From Pristiophorus japonicus (taxonomy: Eukaryota): a stretch of DNA of 64,000 bases. The stretch spans positions 58,156,001 through 58,220,000 of the forward strand of contig NC_091999.1 of the NCBI RefSeq assembly GCF_044704955.1. The letters are read 5' to 3'. The notes under the pieces are model-generated. The model did not search any database. It saw only the letters and a list, made by a program, of their open reading frames with translations, and was not told where the DNA came from. The translations under genes were made by a program, and so were the position numbers. The stretch's first letter is position 1; each line of letters begins with the position of its first letter. Shown piece after piece: positions 35,501 to 48,499 of the stretch.

Positions 35501-36972
35501 TCCGGATTCATGGCGACCGATGCCATACAGTCACACGCCATCAAATTGTTTATTTTCCTCAGAGCAGGGAATGTAGAGACTGGAGGTGAGGAATGGAGAT
35601 GAAAGGAGCAGAGAGGTGAGGATGGGAGAAGAGAGAGGACAGGAGGTGGGAGGGGAGTAGACGAGAGGAGATGAGTGTGGAGGAGAGGAGAGATGGGGAA
35701 TTGGAGAGCAGAGGTGAGGAGAGGAGATCTGTTGAGTGGAGAAGACAGCAGAACAGAGTAGAGGATAGGAGATGATTGGAGAGGGTGGGAGAAGGAAAGA
35801 GTGAAGATGAGCAGGAAGGGGAGGAGAGGTTAGTGGAGGATAGGATAGATGAGAGGGGAAGTAGAGAGGAGAGCAGAGGAGAGCAGAGCAGGGATGAGTA
35901 GAGGAAAGCAGAGGAGAGTTGATAGTGGCCAGAGAGGGGAATGGAGTCTTTGGCGAGGTTACTGTGGTTTTGTCGTAGGCTGAAGAAGAGGAATTGAATT
36001 GTATTATGTGTCGAAATCAGAACCTTTCCAACCATTGTTTTGAAAGTACACTTTGTAACTGGCTTAAGCTGACATTCCAAGAATATTGCAAATAATCTTT
36101 AAAGAAGGGACTGTCGCTTTACAATAGACTAATGATAACCCATGTTGTAAGATGTCACAGAAGATTTTCGAACGTGTCTGTTTACAGCTGGAACTGTGTC
36201 AACCAACTTCCTTTCACCTGGTGTGAGAAAGTTACAGACTTCCAGTTGACAGAGAGAGTTTGAGACTGGAAATATCAAAATATTTCACAATATAGTGCTC
36301 CATTTTGAATAGTTGCTACCGTGCAGCCCACACCGAGCTCTCCTGAACTGTGGCTGAACAAGGGAAATATATCAATTCAAACACAACTGAATAAACAGTT
36401 TACTGGAATCCGTATTGCAGTTTTAACCCTGTCCTGACCATCTGGAATTAGTGACTGTGAGGCAGAGCGGGAGGCAGTGGAAATTACGACAACTGTCTAT
36501 AGCTGAATCATTAGTGAATAATGTCTCATATCTCAATGTATTTGTGAAGGATCTATCAACGCTGATTTCCACTGGTCAGTGTCATTAACAATAACCAGCG
36601 ATCCTTAAAACACTTGTTGCCACTGAACACATATTTATTATTCAACACTGGGCATCAGTGCGAAAAGCTGACTGCAAGCTGTTCAATAATATTTTCGTTC
36701 ACTAACATATCTGTGTCAATAAAGTCAAATTTCTGTCAAATCCTGTGAACCACTATCAATGGAAGCAAGTTGTGGAAACAACATACTATTTATTGAACTG
36801 GGAGCAGCGAATTAACAAATGATCAAACATTACATGACATAAACTTATTTGCATTGCTAGACAAAGAACAAGAGGTTTAAATTGAATACAATTAATAACT
36901 AGAACTAAAGGACAAGGACAGCAAATACAGAGAAACATGGGTTACATAATTCATTGCAGATGAAGGACTCAC

Positions 36973-37069
36973 CAGGAACACCAACAGCAGCGAGGAGCGG
37001 GTAATAAATACGTTCCACATTGAAAAGTGCCCACAGGATCCAAAGCTGAGTTGGAATCTCCCAGAACAT
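36973..37069 (-). CDS. GPR139-like GPCR exon 1, distal duplicate
   Basis: Same coding sequence and GT donor; has its own TATAAATA at ~37160-37167. Confidence 0.75.
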
Positions 37070-37989
37070 GACTTGACTTTCTGTGAGCTCCAAAGAGCGC
37101 TGTTCGTTTTAGACAACAACTTCAGTCAAACATTGCTGTACAGACTGAAAAAGAATCCCTATTTATAGCCTGAGGGAACTCTCCAGTGAGACAATTAAAC
37201 TGCACACTGAAGGATATTAATCACAGTCACTGAATAAACAAGTTGTCCGAACCTTTTCTTTGCATCACTTTCAATTGCATAATATTTTAAAAGCAACGTG
37301 GCTTTCAGATCAAATAACTTTATCCAAAACCAAGCACTATTGGTAAAAGCAGAAATAGTTAATTCCACAAAATCACAGCATGCATGTGAAGGGAGCAACT
37401 TTCATTTAGGCAGTTTCTATTATTACTGAGATGTAAAATAAGTGTAATTTCAGATTTTCAATTCACTTCGCGGGGTAACACAAGTGAAATAAAACAAATG
37501 GAAGGATAGAGGCAGGCTAAGTAAATGTCAGTAACCTACACGGGGACTGACAGTACAGCGCAAATTAAGGATACATGGGCACTGATAATACAGTGGTTAG
37601 TAAGGGTACATGGGGCAGATAATATATTGGTCTGTAAGGTACACGAGGACTGATAATACAATTGTCAGTAAGGGTACATGGGGACTGATAATACAGTGGT
37701 CAGTAAGGCTACATAAGAACTGATAATACAATCGTCAGTAAGGGTACATGGTGACTGTTAATATAATTGTGAGTAAGGATACATGGGTACAGATAATACA
37801 GAGGTCAGTAAGGATACATGGGGACTGATAATACAGTGGTCAGTAAGGGGACATGGGGCAGATAATATATTGGTCAGTAAGGATACGTGTGTGCTATTTT
37901 TACAATGGTCAGTCCGGATTCATGGCGACCGATGCTATACAGTCACACGCCATCAAATTGTTTATTTTCCTCAGAGCAGGGAATGTAGA

Positions 37990-40211
37990 GACTGGAGGTG
38001 AGGAATGGAGATGAAAGGAGCAGAGAGGTGAGGATGGGAGAAGAGAGAGGACAGGAGGTGGGAGGGGAGTAGACGAGAGGAGATGAGTGTGGAGGAGAGG
38101 AGAGATGGGGAATTGGAGAGCAGAGGTGAGGAGAGGAGATCTGTTGAGTGGAGAAGACAGCAGAACAGAGTAGAGGATAGGAGATGATTGGAGAGGGTGG
38201 GAGAAGGAAAGAGTGAAGATGAGCAGGAAGGTGAGGAGAGGTTAGTGGAGGATAGGATAGATGAGAGGGGAAGTAGAGAGGAGAGCAGAGGAGAGCAGAG
38301 CAGAGATGAGTAGAGGAAAGCAGAGGAGAGTTGATAAGATGAAAGGAGAGGAGAAGAGAGGAGAAAAGAGGGGAGAAGAGAAGATAGGAGAGGGGATGAG
38401 AGGAGAGGAGGGGAAAGGAGATGATAGTGTAGAGGAGATGGAAGGAGAGGAGAGTGGAATAGAGGTGAGGAAAAGGTATGGGAGAGGAGAGGGATGAGAG
38501 GAGTGGAGAGGCGAGGGGAGTGGAGATGAGAGTGTAGGGGAGAGGGGTGGAGAGGAGAGTGGTGTAGAGGTGGGGAGAAGGTAGGGGACAGAAGAGAGAT
38601 GAGAGGAGCGGGGAGACGAGGAGAGGAGCGTAGCAGAAAAGGGAGGAATGGAGAGAAGTGGAGAGGTGAGAGGATGAGCGATAAGGAGAGTAGAGCAGAG
38701 GAGAGGGGCAGGGCAGTGGGAGAGCAGAGGAGAGACCGTCAGAGGAGAAGAGAGGAAGAGAGCGGGGAGAGCAGGGCGAGAAGAGATGAGAAGGGAGAGG
38801 AGGAGAGGGGTGAAGAGAGGGGAAGTGGAGATGAGAGTGGAGGAGAGAAGAGCTATGGAGATTCGAGCAATGGAGAGGAGAATAGAAGAGATGAGAGGAT
38901 AGCAGAGAAAAGATGAAAGCAGAGTGGAGAGAGGAGGTAGTAGATTAGAGGAGAGGAGAGGACAAGCGAGGGGACAAGGGAGGAGATTAGAAGAGAGGGC
39001 AGGAGAGGATAGAAGAGTGGGTAACGGAGAGGGGAGTAGAGGTGAGTGGAGAAGAGGGGGGTAAGTTAGGGGAGAGAAGAGGAGAGAGAAGACAGTGCAT
39101 GAGAGGAGGAGGTGAAAAGAGGGTAGAGGAAAGGAGAGCAGAGGGGAGGAGAGGGTCGGAGGGGGAGGAGAGGAGTGGAGAAGAGAGGACTGGAGAGGGT
39201 ACAGGAGAGCAGAGGGAAGGAGAGGAGCGGGGAGGAGAGGAGAGGGGAGAACATCAGATGACACAAGTGAGGAGAGAAGTTAAAATGAAAGGAGAGAAGA
39301 GGTGAGGAGGAGAGGAGAGGGGTGAGGAGAGGAGGGGAGAATTTAGGGGAGAGGAGTCGAGATAATTGGAGTGGAGACGAGTGGAGAGGAGAGAGGAGAG
39401 TGGAGAGAGAAGCGACCTGAAAACAGGAGAGAGGAGAGGATAGGTGAGGATAGGGGTGGATCGGGGAAGACAGGAGATGAGTGGAGATGAGACAGCAGAG
39501 GAGATGAGAGGAGAATGGAGGAGAGGGAAAGGGAGGAGAATAGTGTAGGGGAGAGAGGAGAATGGAGAATGGAGTAGAGGCGTGGAAAAGGTAGGCAAGA
39601 GGGGAGGAAATGAGGCACAAGAGAGTTGAGGAGAACAGCTGAAAGGGGAGGAGAGTTGAGGAGAGGGGAGAGGAGAGAGGAGAGGAGACAGGAGAGAACG
39701 GGAAGACAGGTGAGAAGAGAAGTGGAGAGGATAGAGGAGCAGATGGGAGAAGGGATGAGCCGAGTGGAGAGGATGGGGGAGGAGAGGGGAGAGGAGAGAT
39801 GATGAAAGGATAAGGAGGTGAGCAGAGGGGAGAGGAGAGGAGTGGGAAGGAGAGGAGAGGTGAGAGGAGGAGAGTAGTGGAGAGGCGAGGAAAAGAGAGA
39901 CGAGGGGAGAGAGGAGGGTAGAGATGAGCAGGGAGGGGACGAGTGTGTAGGGGAGGAGAGGGGAGAAGAAAGCAGAGCAGGGGAGAGTAGTGGAACGGAG
40001 AGTGGATGTGATGAGAGGAAAGGAGAGGAGAGGAAAGTGGAGTGAAGAGGGGAGGGGCTTAGAGTAGAGGACTGGGGAGAGGAGAGGGTAGAGGCGAGGG
40101 TGGGAGAGGAGAATAGAGTAGAGGAGGGTAGAAAGTAGGGGAGAGGAGAGGAGATGAGCATTGGAGAGACGTGAGGAGAGAGGAGAGGAGAGGAGGGGTG
40201 AGGAGGGAAGG
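37990..40211. repeat. Polypurine (GGAGA)n-like low-complexity tract
   Basis: About 2.2 kb, almost exclusively G/A on the + strand. Confidence 0.95.
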
Positions 40212-41040
40212 TGTTGTGGTAAAAAGGAGGCTTCTCTCCTTCAAGGTGGACTAACTGATGTAGTTAATCGATACCTGCCCTTCCGTTGGGATAAAACTAG
40301 GCTTTTCTCCCTCGGGGTGGACTAACTGATATAGTTAATCGACACCTCGTCCAGCTTCCCACTGTATGACGAACACGAAAATAAACAAACGAAACCTCAG
40401 GTTTATCGTTTTTTTTATGAGCAATGCACGGGAAGGTTCAGTATTGGAACCTCCGAAATAGAAGAGTTTTGAAGCATAATTTATATAGGTGTTGGAGAGG
40501 AGCTATCCTCCTCCAAAATCATCGATAGGTCTATTGCTATCAGCGAAGTTACAGTGATTTGTCGACTCTTATCAGACGGGCTCCGAGTGGTACATGAAAC
40601 TGCCCATCTCTCATCATTGTTTTATTCCATTTTGCCCTCTAACCCAGTCTATCCGACGCCTGGTGTGGTTGTCCTGGCTGCTTTATCTCTTGATCAGCGA
40701 CATTTAAACAAAACTGCTGACTTTGGCTGTTTAAGTGTTACTCAGGTTAAGCTATGATATAATGCGTATAAGTGTGTTATACCTATATAAGCAAGTGTTA
40801 CATACATCGACAATTGATAAGTTCACTACCTTCGGTATAATTCTGACCCCCTATCTAGAACCTTACTATTTATCCCTTACAATTACCCGCTAATGGCCCT
40901 TCACTATATGCCCAAGATAGGCCATTTCGCAATTAATTTCACATGGGTGAGATTCCAGGGTTGTCCTTTCACTTGGGTAGTGCTACTTCCCGAGCTCCTG
41001 GAGCTATCTGTTGGCTTCCCATCAAGGTTATACTATGTAT
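40212..41040 (-). repeat. ERV-C 3' LTR (inner boundary approximate)
   Basis: Homologous to 46484-47078; ends ...CCACAACA on the minus strand. Confidence 0.75.
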
Positions 41041-41089
41041 GTCCTTTCCGCCGGACTGTCTGATTTCCCTTTCTTCAATGTTTTAACTA

Positions 41090-43070
41090 TAGTACGGGCT
41101 AGGGCTTGCCTCTTACGTCAGTTACAGCTTTCTAAAGGATAATACTAGCAAGGTGAGCACCCTTGCACTACAACCAGTACATTGAGTCTAGCTTAGTTCA
41201 TGTAGAAGTCCTTTGGAGCCAACATTTTCTCGGTGTTCGAATTATGCCGTGCCTGGAGTATCTGCTGTTTCATATATCTTCCCTCCACTTGGGGTCTTCA
41301 CTGTTCTGCCGAATTTCTGCCCCTCCTGGAGTATCCTCTATGTTGTCGAATGGTGTCCAATTCAGTCGAGTTTGTTTCTCTTTCAATTCGAGTATCGGTT
41401 TTCCTTGTGGCCCGCTGGTCTTCGCATAACCTCCTCAGGCAATGTCCATCATTGTCCCATCGATCATTCCTCCTTTAGCTCCAGGGTTATAATAAACCCA
41501 TTTATATCTGTCTCATCAAGTGGAGTAAAGCAGAAGTCAATATCCATAATGGTGCATGAGGTGTTCCTTTCTTCATTTCAGTTGCCGTGGTGGTCACACA
41601 TCATTCTCCATATCCTCGTGAAACAGCGATAATTTTGTAGTCCTGTGTTAGTGGGGGTGATGCTCAAGGTGCACCCGTCCACTTGGTTATATCCACAATC
41701 ATCTTCGATCATTTGTAGTGGATCTCGACATAAAGCAACTTGGTTATTTTTATAACAATCTACATATGCTGAGATTCTTAGTACTGTTCTCCTCAGTTAC
41801 ATTTCTGGTTTGTCATCATACCACACGCGAGTTTGATTCCTTATTTCTCCTGCATTGTTTGGTATAGAGGATCTCCTGCTGTCACATCATACTGTGGTAG
41901 AGATAATAAAAAATCTATTTAAATGTCCGGTAACACAGCTGGCCTTTGAAACCCAAGCATGACTGTTTCTCTGCACCTCGCAGGCATGAGTCATGTTTTT
42001 GTCTAAGGTCCAGTTGGTAAATATATCGAGTGTTATCCAATCCGGCACCTTTCTATTCTGAAGCTACTCTATGTTATGTTGTATTCCATTGAGCAACCAT
42101 GCTCCATATCCTGCACGTAATAGTTCTGTCTGTATGGTTTTACTTAAGTTGCGTTATGCTTTATTCATTTATAGTTCTGGTGTGGTCTCGCAATGTGTGG
42201 GCCACTGTAATAATTCGCTTTATGCGCCATTACCCAGCTGTGCCTGTATCTTTTCATTATCCTTATCCCTTTCCAGCAATCTCTGTCAGGTTCATGCGAA
42301 GGCGTTAACTCAATCATCTATCGTGTGCAGGTCTTTCGTTTCGCAACTCCCGCCACATACACGTATCCCGCCGTGTATTCTGCAGTGTATCCTGCCACGT
42401 ATCCTGCCGTGTATCCTGCCTCGTACCATTTCTAGTATCCCTCTTTTTCCCCTGTCCCGTTTTTTTTTACCTGACCCTCTTTACACATTAAACTTCATGG
42501 TTTTGGATTCAGCGCCTTTAAGTGCTCGAAGGATCATGTTTCTATACAGGCTTATACTGTTTAACCCGCAGATGTTGGGGTAGCTTTATTGTTTAAATTT
42601 AGGAATACAGTAATTATTCGCTGACGTACCCTGAAGTGTATCTTATCCTTGGTCTGCCTTATCAATTTCTCTTTTCCCCAGTCTTCACAGTTGGACAGGT
42701 TTGTGGCGCTGGGGGTGTGATGGTCGAGGCCCTGGTAGTGCTCACTGTTGCTAAACTAGTGGATGGGGCCGTGTTGGTGGGTCTATCTCTGGAGATATCC
42801 CTCCACCACCATTCACAGATGTTGAGTGAAATCTGCACACCCTTCCCCTGGTGCAGTATGTTTGTCCCTCCTGATTCTAAAACACACCGCGGTCTTATTC
42901 CCACTAATTATGGATCTATATTATTGGCTCATCCCCAATGTTGTTTCGTTTCCTTGTAACGTTGTTTTATGCCCGTTATTTAACTCTACTGTTGCTCCGT
43001 CCGACACCATCAGTGTTTTTGATGTTTTATTATACTAATGTCGCCCAAGTCCCTGTAATACAGGCCTTGC
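41090..43070 (-). pseudogene. env: F-like env of ERV-C, multiply disrupted
   Basis: RGKR|GILEMV, KVPDWI, DCYKNNQVALC, DDCGYNQVDGCTL and FCFTPL align with the ERV-A env. Confidence 0.82.
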
Positions 43071-43149
43071 CATCCCTCAGTCTGTTGTCACTGATATGAG
43101 GCTGCATTACTCCACGTTATTTCCACGAGCTCTCGAGTCCTGCAAAAAA

Positions 43150-44480
43150 CAATATTTTCCGGTCGTCACTGGTTAGTTAGTGACCATGCTTTTTTAACTG
43201 GGTCCAGTGTTTCCACTTGCCGATACTCCTTATAAGTACCATAACTTACCATGATTACCTGATAGAGACCGATCCATTTGGATGCGATCCCGAACCTCTC
43301 TGGGGTAATCTCTTGACTGCCTATTTGGGGTGTTTGGAACTTCTGTTTCTTAGTGTCGTTCTCTAAATCCTTGATTTGCTGATCTCTAACCTTTGACTCT
43401 ATATCATGTAATTGCTTACAGAGTTCCATTACAGATTTCCATATTATTTTAGTTAAAAGTGTATCATTCCTATCGTTTGACTAGGGGTTGCCTTGAGCTT
43501 TATTTGTACTCGGGGTATCCTGTCAACCCATCCCTTTCCAGTCTCGTTGATGTGGGATTGTTTTTGCCTAATCCCTAAGCGCACGCCTGTTTCATTATCT
43601 TCCCTGTGAAGTGTGAACTTTGATCTGAGTTCAGCTGCAGTGCCGTTATTTTGTTTGCTAGGATCCTGGCTATGGTTTCTACTGAACAATTCCTCGTGGC
43701 GAAAGCTTCTACCCACTTCATAAACGTGTCTATTATAACTAAGCAGTATGTTTTCCCCTTGTTGCTGGATAATGGTCCAGTAAAATCTACCTGCAAATTT
43801 TCCCAGAATCCCTTCGGTCGGGGCTGATGTCCCATTCTGACCTTTACTTTCCCCCCTGGGTTGCATTTTGCGCATATCACTCACCTTCTGCAGAGGTCCT
43901 CTATATCTCTAGATATTCCCTTCCACCACCAGCATCTGGACATCAAGTTTATCATGTTTGTTCTACCTGTATGGACATACCCGTGGGATAAATTTAATAG
44001 GCTCCCCTGGATGCATTCCGGGGCCACCACATTCCCATCTTTTCTCCATATCCCGTCGGTCCCTTGTTTGGCCATCTCTGCTTCCACCCCTCCTGTTCCT
44101 GCGGAGTGGCCTCTCCCTGTACCTCAAGCATATTTACTTCCTCAGGCCCAATTGTACATGCTCTGCCTTGGGCTTCCCCGGCCAGTGTACCTGCCACTCG
44201 CTTTGCTGCTTCATCTGTCCATGCATTCCCCTGTTCATACTGATCATTATTTTTTACGTGTGCTTTGATCTTTATTATCGCACACTCCTGGGGTAGGAAG
44301 GAGGCTTCCACTAGATGTTTCCCAATCTCCTCATGTTTAATCGGTCCTCCTCCTGAGGTCGTGTATCACCGTCTGCTCCAGGCTATCATATAATCATGCT
44401 CTAATCCGAAAGCATATCGACTGTCTGTATAGATATTTACTCATTTTCCCCTCGCAAGCCTCAGAGCCTCATCATAGTTT
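43150..44480 (-). pseudogene. pol: pol remnant: RNase H + integrase
   Basis: VNIYTDSRYAFG, KIKAH, GNAWTDEAAK; HHCC (HGYVHTG...C..CAKC), LQVDFTGPL, LVIIDTFMKWVEAF, SDQSSHFTG. Confidence 0.9.
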
Positions 44481-46463
44481 CATCATAATCATCTCCTGTC
44501 TTAAATACTCACTTAATTATCTTTTGATGTGCCTTTCCTAGTCCATCCTTAAACATTTTCAAGAATGCTGCATCATTTCTGTTGCGGTCATCAGCCCCAG
44601 AGTGGTTTTTGTATTCAATCCACTTTCGTTCCCCGTACTCCCCAACCCTTTTCCCTGCCTTTTGAGTCACAGTATTCTACTCCAGTCTTTTGTCAGAGTT
44701 CTGTATCACTACTATTTTGCTTTAGCGCGTGGTAACTTCTTCAATAGAATTTGTCTCCTGTGGGCTGAGGGGCACCTCCTGTATGGCAATGTGGGCTGCT
44801 CTACATCCGCTGGAGCGAATGGTGGTCGTGCATATCAGTGCCACTGATAAATAGCCATTATCAGGTGACGGGGCCACCTCTACTCCAAACACATTATCCC
44901 TGTCTGATTGACTGTTAGGTTGGGGTTGTGGACTGCACTTACCCACCTTGGGGTACATTATCTCTATTACCGTAGGTGATGGTGCTATGGCTGTGCTCTG
45001 CACTATCCATCTGGTCCTGTCTTTTTCTCTGCCAGCTTATTTATCTTAGCTTCTAACTCTTGAATGTGATGTGTTTAAGTATCTATCTGTCCTCTGTAGC
45101 AGGTGAGTAATATTACATAGGCTTTCTTCGTTTTGTTTTCATTCTGAATATCCCAACATTTCTTCTGTCTGTCAGGTGAGTCTTTTTTCTTTTATTAAGA
45201 AATCCAAACTAATAATGTCCAGTATAAAATATCTTTCAATGGAAAGCGTTAACTCCACTACAGGTTTGTAAGAAGGTCTGGCGTCATGACGTGACTTCGA
45301 GTAACCATCTGAAAATATTACCACAACTCTTTGTGCTTTCAAAACTTGATAAGAAATTAGGAATCCGTTAAAATAGCAGAAATTATTGGTAAAGTTGTCA
45401 AAATAAAACTTTCTCAGCGGGAAAGGCAGCATTTTAGATTAAACTCCAATTTCTCTGCACACCCAATTCAAATACGTGCCAACGAGTTTTTCATTGATTT
45501 AAAGCGAGACCACACATTTTAATAGCTATTTTGTTTACAGAAATCCAGTTTCCACGCAAGCTATATACAATCCAGCATTTTGGTTTTTTATGGTCCCGTT
45601 CACTGAGCAAATCTTGTGTTTTATTTTCTCTCGGCACAAAATCTAAACTTCGGTGCCGGTCCACCTTTTTAAGAATCCTGTAATTCCCAGTTTTTCTTTC
45701 TGTGCTGAGTTCACATAGCTTAGATCTTTTCCCCCTTTTGAATCTGAACTTAATCATTTTTTGATGACCTTACTCCAGTCCATAGTTAAACATCTTTGTT
45801 TCTCTTCCTCGGCACAAAGCTTTGTCGGGTTTAACTCATAAGTTTTTATATTTCAACCAATATCCTTTTCACAGCCAATTTAAATCTCGTTTCTTCAAAT
45901 TAGGTTTTGTATTTTGATGATCTTCCTCCAGTCCATTTTGCTCAACATCTTTGTTTCTCTGCAGTTTTCAAAATCAAATTTCTATCTTTTGATAAAAACA
46001 AACTGTCCTTTGTAAATTCAATTTGATATCCAACATTTTTCTTTTCTTTTATTAATTTTCCATTTATCTCAGCTCGCATTTTATCCCACTGGCCAGTTTT
46101 CCTAGGATCCTGGGGTCCCACCCCACAGTTTAGGTTGTATTCCTTCTTGTTTGCGCTGCACACGATCAATACCAGCTTCACTGTGTGATTAACACGTCAT
46201 GCTTCAGGACATACGCCTTATATTTCCTCTAACGATCACTGGGGTCCACTCCCCCTGCGGTTGCATTCCTTCTTTCTCAGGCATACACCTATCCCACCCT
46301 TGGTTTTCAACCATCTGTGGTTCGTTATAAGTTGTCCTACAGCTGACCCCTTCAAATTCTTTATACAAATTAGCTCCTTCCCCGTCAATGCTACAGCTGC
46401 ATGTGGTAAAAAAACATGCTCACTACCATTTAGCTGTCACGTGATCCAGGTCGGAAGGTCTGC

Positions 46464-46481
46464 ATCCGGTTCATGACGCCA
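46464..46481 (-). promoter_or_regulatory. Primer-binding site, tRNA-Ser(CGA)-type
   Basis: TGGCGTCATGAACCGGAT versus recalled Ser-CGA complement TGGCGTCACGAACAGGAT. Confidence 0.75.
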
Positions 46482-46483
46482 AA

Positions 46484-47078
46484 TGTTGGGGTTAAAAAGG
46501 AGACTTCTCCTCTTCGACGTGGACGAACTGATATAGTTCATCGACACCTCACCTTTCTCCCACTGTATAACGACCACGGAAGTGAACACACGAAATCCCA
46601 GGATCAACTCGCTTTTATTACCAGCAATTGCAAGGGAAGGTTCAGTCGTGGAACCTCCGAAATACAAGAGTTTTCAAGCATAACTTATACAGGTTTTGGA
46701 GAGGAGCTATCCTCCTGCAAAATCATCGATAGTTCTATTGATATCAGCGGAGTTACATTGATTTGTCGACTCTTATCCGACGGTCTCTGAGTGGTAAATG
46801 CAATAGTCCATCTCTCCTCATTGTTTTGTTCCATTTTACCCTCTACCCCAGTCTATCCGACGGTCAGAGTGGCTGTACTTGCTTATTTATCTCTTCCTCA
46901 GGGACGTAAAAAAACTGCTGACCGGCTGTTTAAGTATTACAGAGGTTACGGATTCAGTTCAATGCGTTATACATTTGCGCTGTACCTACATAAGCACGTG
47001 TTACCGACGTAGCAATTATAAGTTCAAGAACTTCATCATAATTCTGAGCTCCGATTTGCAACCTTATAATTTATCCCT
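46484..47078 (-). repeat. ERV-C 5' LTR (U3 end truncated)
   Basis: Ends ...CCCCAACA next to the PBS. Confidence 0.8.
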
Positions 47079-48479
47079 TGAAGGGGTCGATGCAAAGCCT
47101 CTATCATTGTTCCCCATGAGTCCTCTAATTGTTTGGTGAGACGTTTATTCTCTCTGCTTAGACCTTCATTTTACATCTCAAGATTTCCTAATTGTTTACA
47201 TTGCAGTCCCTACGTGAATTGCATTGATACGCTGCTGTAGCATTACTGCAGTAGCTGAGGCAAATTGACTCTGCAAATTCACAATTTTCTGTTTAATGTC
47301 TGAATCTATTTTCTGCAATTATTCATTCTTAGCCGAATTTTTTTTTCCAGTTCTGATATTTTATCCTCTAATTCTTTCTTGACATTTGATTGACGTCCTG
47401 CGAAGTACGAAGCTGCACAGGTGACTAGATTCATCGCCTTACCCAGCTTCCATTTCTTAGCTTTAATCTGTTCATCAATGAAAGTGACCGTATCCTTAAG
47501 GGATACATTCGGATTCTTCCCTAGGCAATCTACCAACAGTGTCTGCACTTGCGTTTCGTCACATCTTTTTTCTAACTTTTTCTGATACTCTTCCAAAAGA
47601 CACTCCTCCGGCATCTGAAAATTAATAATTTTTAAGTAAGCTTCCTTAATGAAGATAACAGTCACTAGCAGTTGACGTAAATCAACCTTACACAAGATTT
47701 GATCTGCCTTGCATCTGCTGGTGACACACAAGAACTTGTTTTCAAATGGACAGAAAAAATTATAAGAGTTCCCAATTAACTTGATTATTGAGTATATTGC
47801 ATTTAGTTCAATATCTCTTTGTTTTGTTCCTTCGTGGTCGCCAGATGTAGTTTTTAACCAATGAGCAGCTTTTTGCCGCTTTGCTAACTATAGCAATTCA
47901 GCTATTTCCAGGGTATATACTTAATTCAAACTGGGAAACTCTTGTTCACATCATACCAAATACTTTTAATACAGGTATAGTGAGTAAAAACAGTGTTTTA
48001 TCAAGTAAATTACATTCTGTTACAAAAAGTAATACTTAACAAATTATAGTCACAGTCTAATTCTCGATATCGTCCTCTCGAGCTGACCGTGGAGCCGACT
48101 CCTTATCTCCTGTTCGCTTGATTCGCACTGCCTTCTGAGTAGAAGAGCTGTTACTTTATACCATTTTTCTCCCATTCAAAAGCTGTGAAAATTTACAGCT
48201 GTTGTAGCCTTACAGTAGATCATATTATCTACTGCCTTTGACTTTCTATGTTATCTCTATCTCCCTCCCTCTCTGTGGCAGGAAACACTTCTCTGAGAAC
48301 AATTATACAGACCATGGTCACTCAGAATTCATTACTGAGCTTGGCTTTACAAAAATATGACAAGAACTGGTACGCAATGTATACCTTTATGTTATTGATT
48401 AATAATTTTGGCCTTGATGTTTCTATTTCTAAATGAAGCTTTATCAGCAGTTACAAAAATTGATAAAATAGTAATGACA
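47079..48479 (-). mobile_element. ERV-D stub: LTR (~47846-48479), tRNA-Arg(TCG) PBS (47826-47843), gag N-terminal remnant (47306-47614)
   Basis: ...CTACA-tc-TGGCGACCACGAAGGAAC; ORF MPEECLLEEYQKK... with a coiled coil. Confidence 0.65.
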
Positions 48480-48499
48480 CAATTTTAAAATTATGCTTT

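Larger units (their letters stand above)
33512..38336. repeat. Tandem duplication, 2 x 2.41 kb (33512-35924 and 35925-38336)
   Basis: Offset 2413; near-identical with scattered substitutions and a 1-bp indel. Confidence 0.95.
40212..47078 (-). mobile_element. ERV-C: older, internally deleted provirus (LTR, PBS, leader, gag remnant, RNase H, integrase, F-like env, LTR)
   Basis: Diverged LTRs 46484-47078 and 40212-~41040; pol and env remnants; no RT core seen. Confidence 0.88.

Noticed and set aside
38242-40244. Long Ser/Pro/Leu or Glu/Arg/Gly ORFs
   Set aside because: Artefacts of the (GGAGA)n tract.
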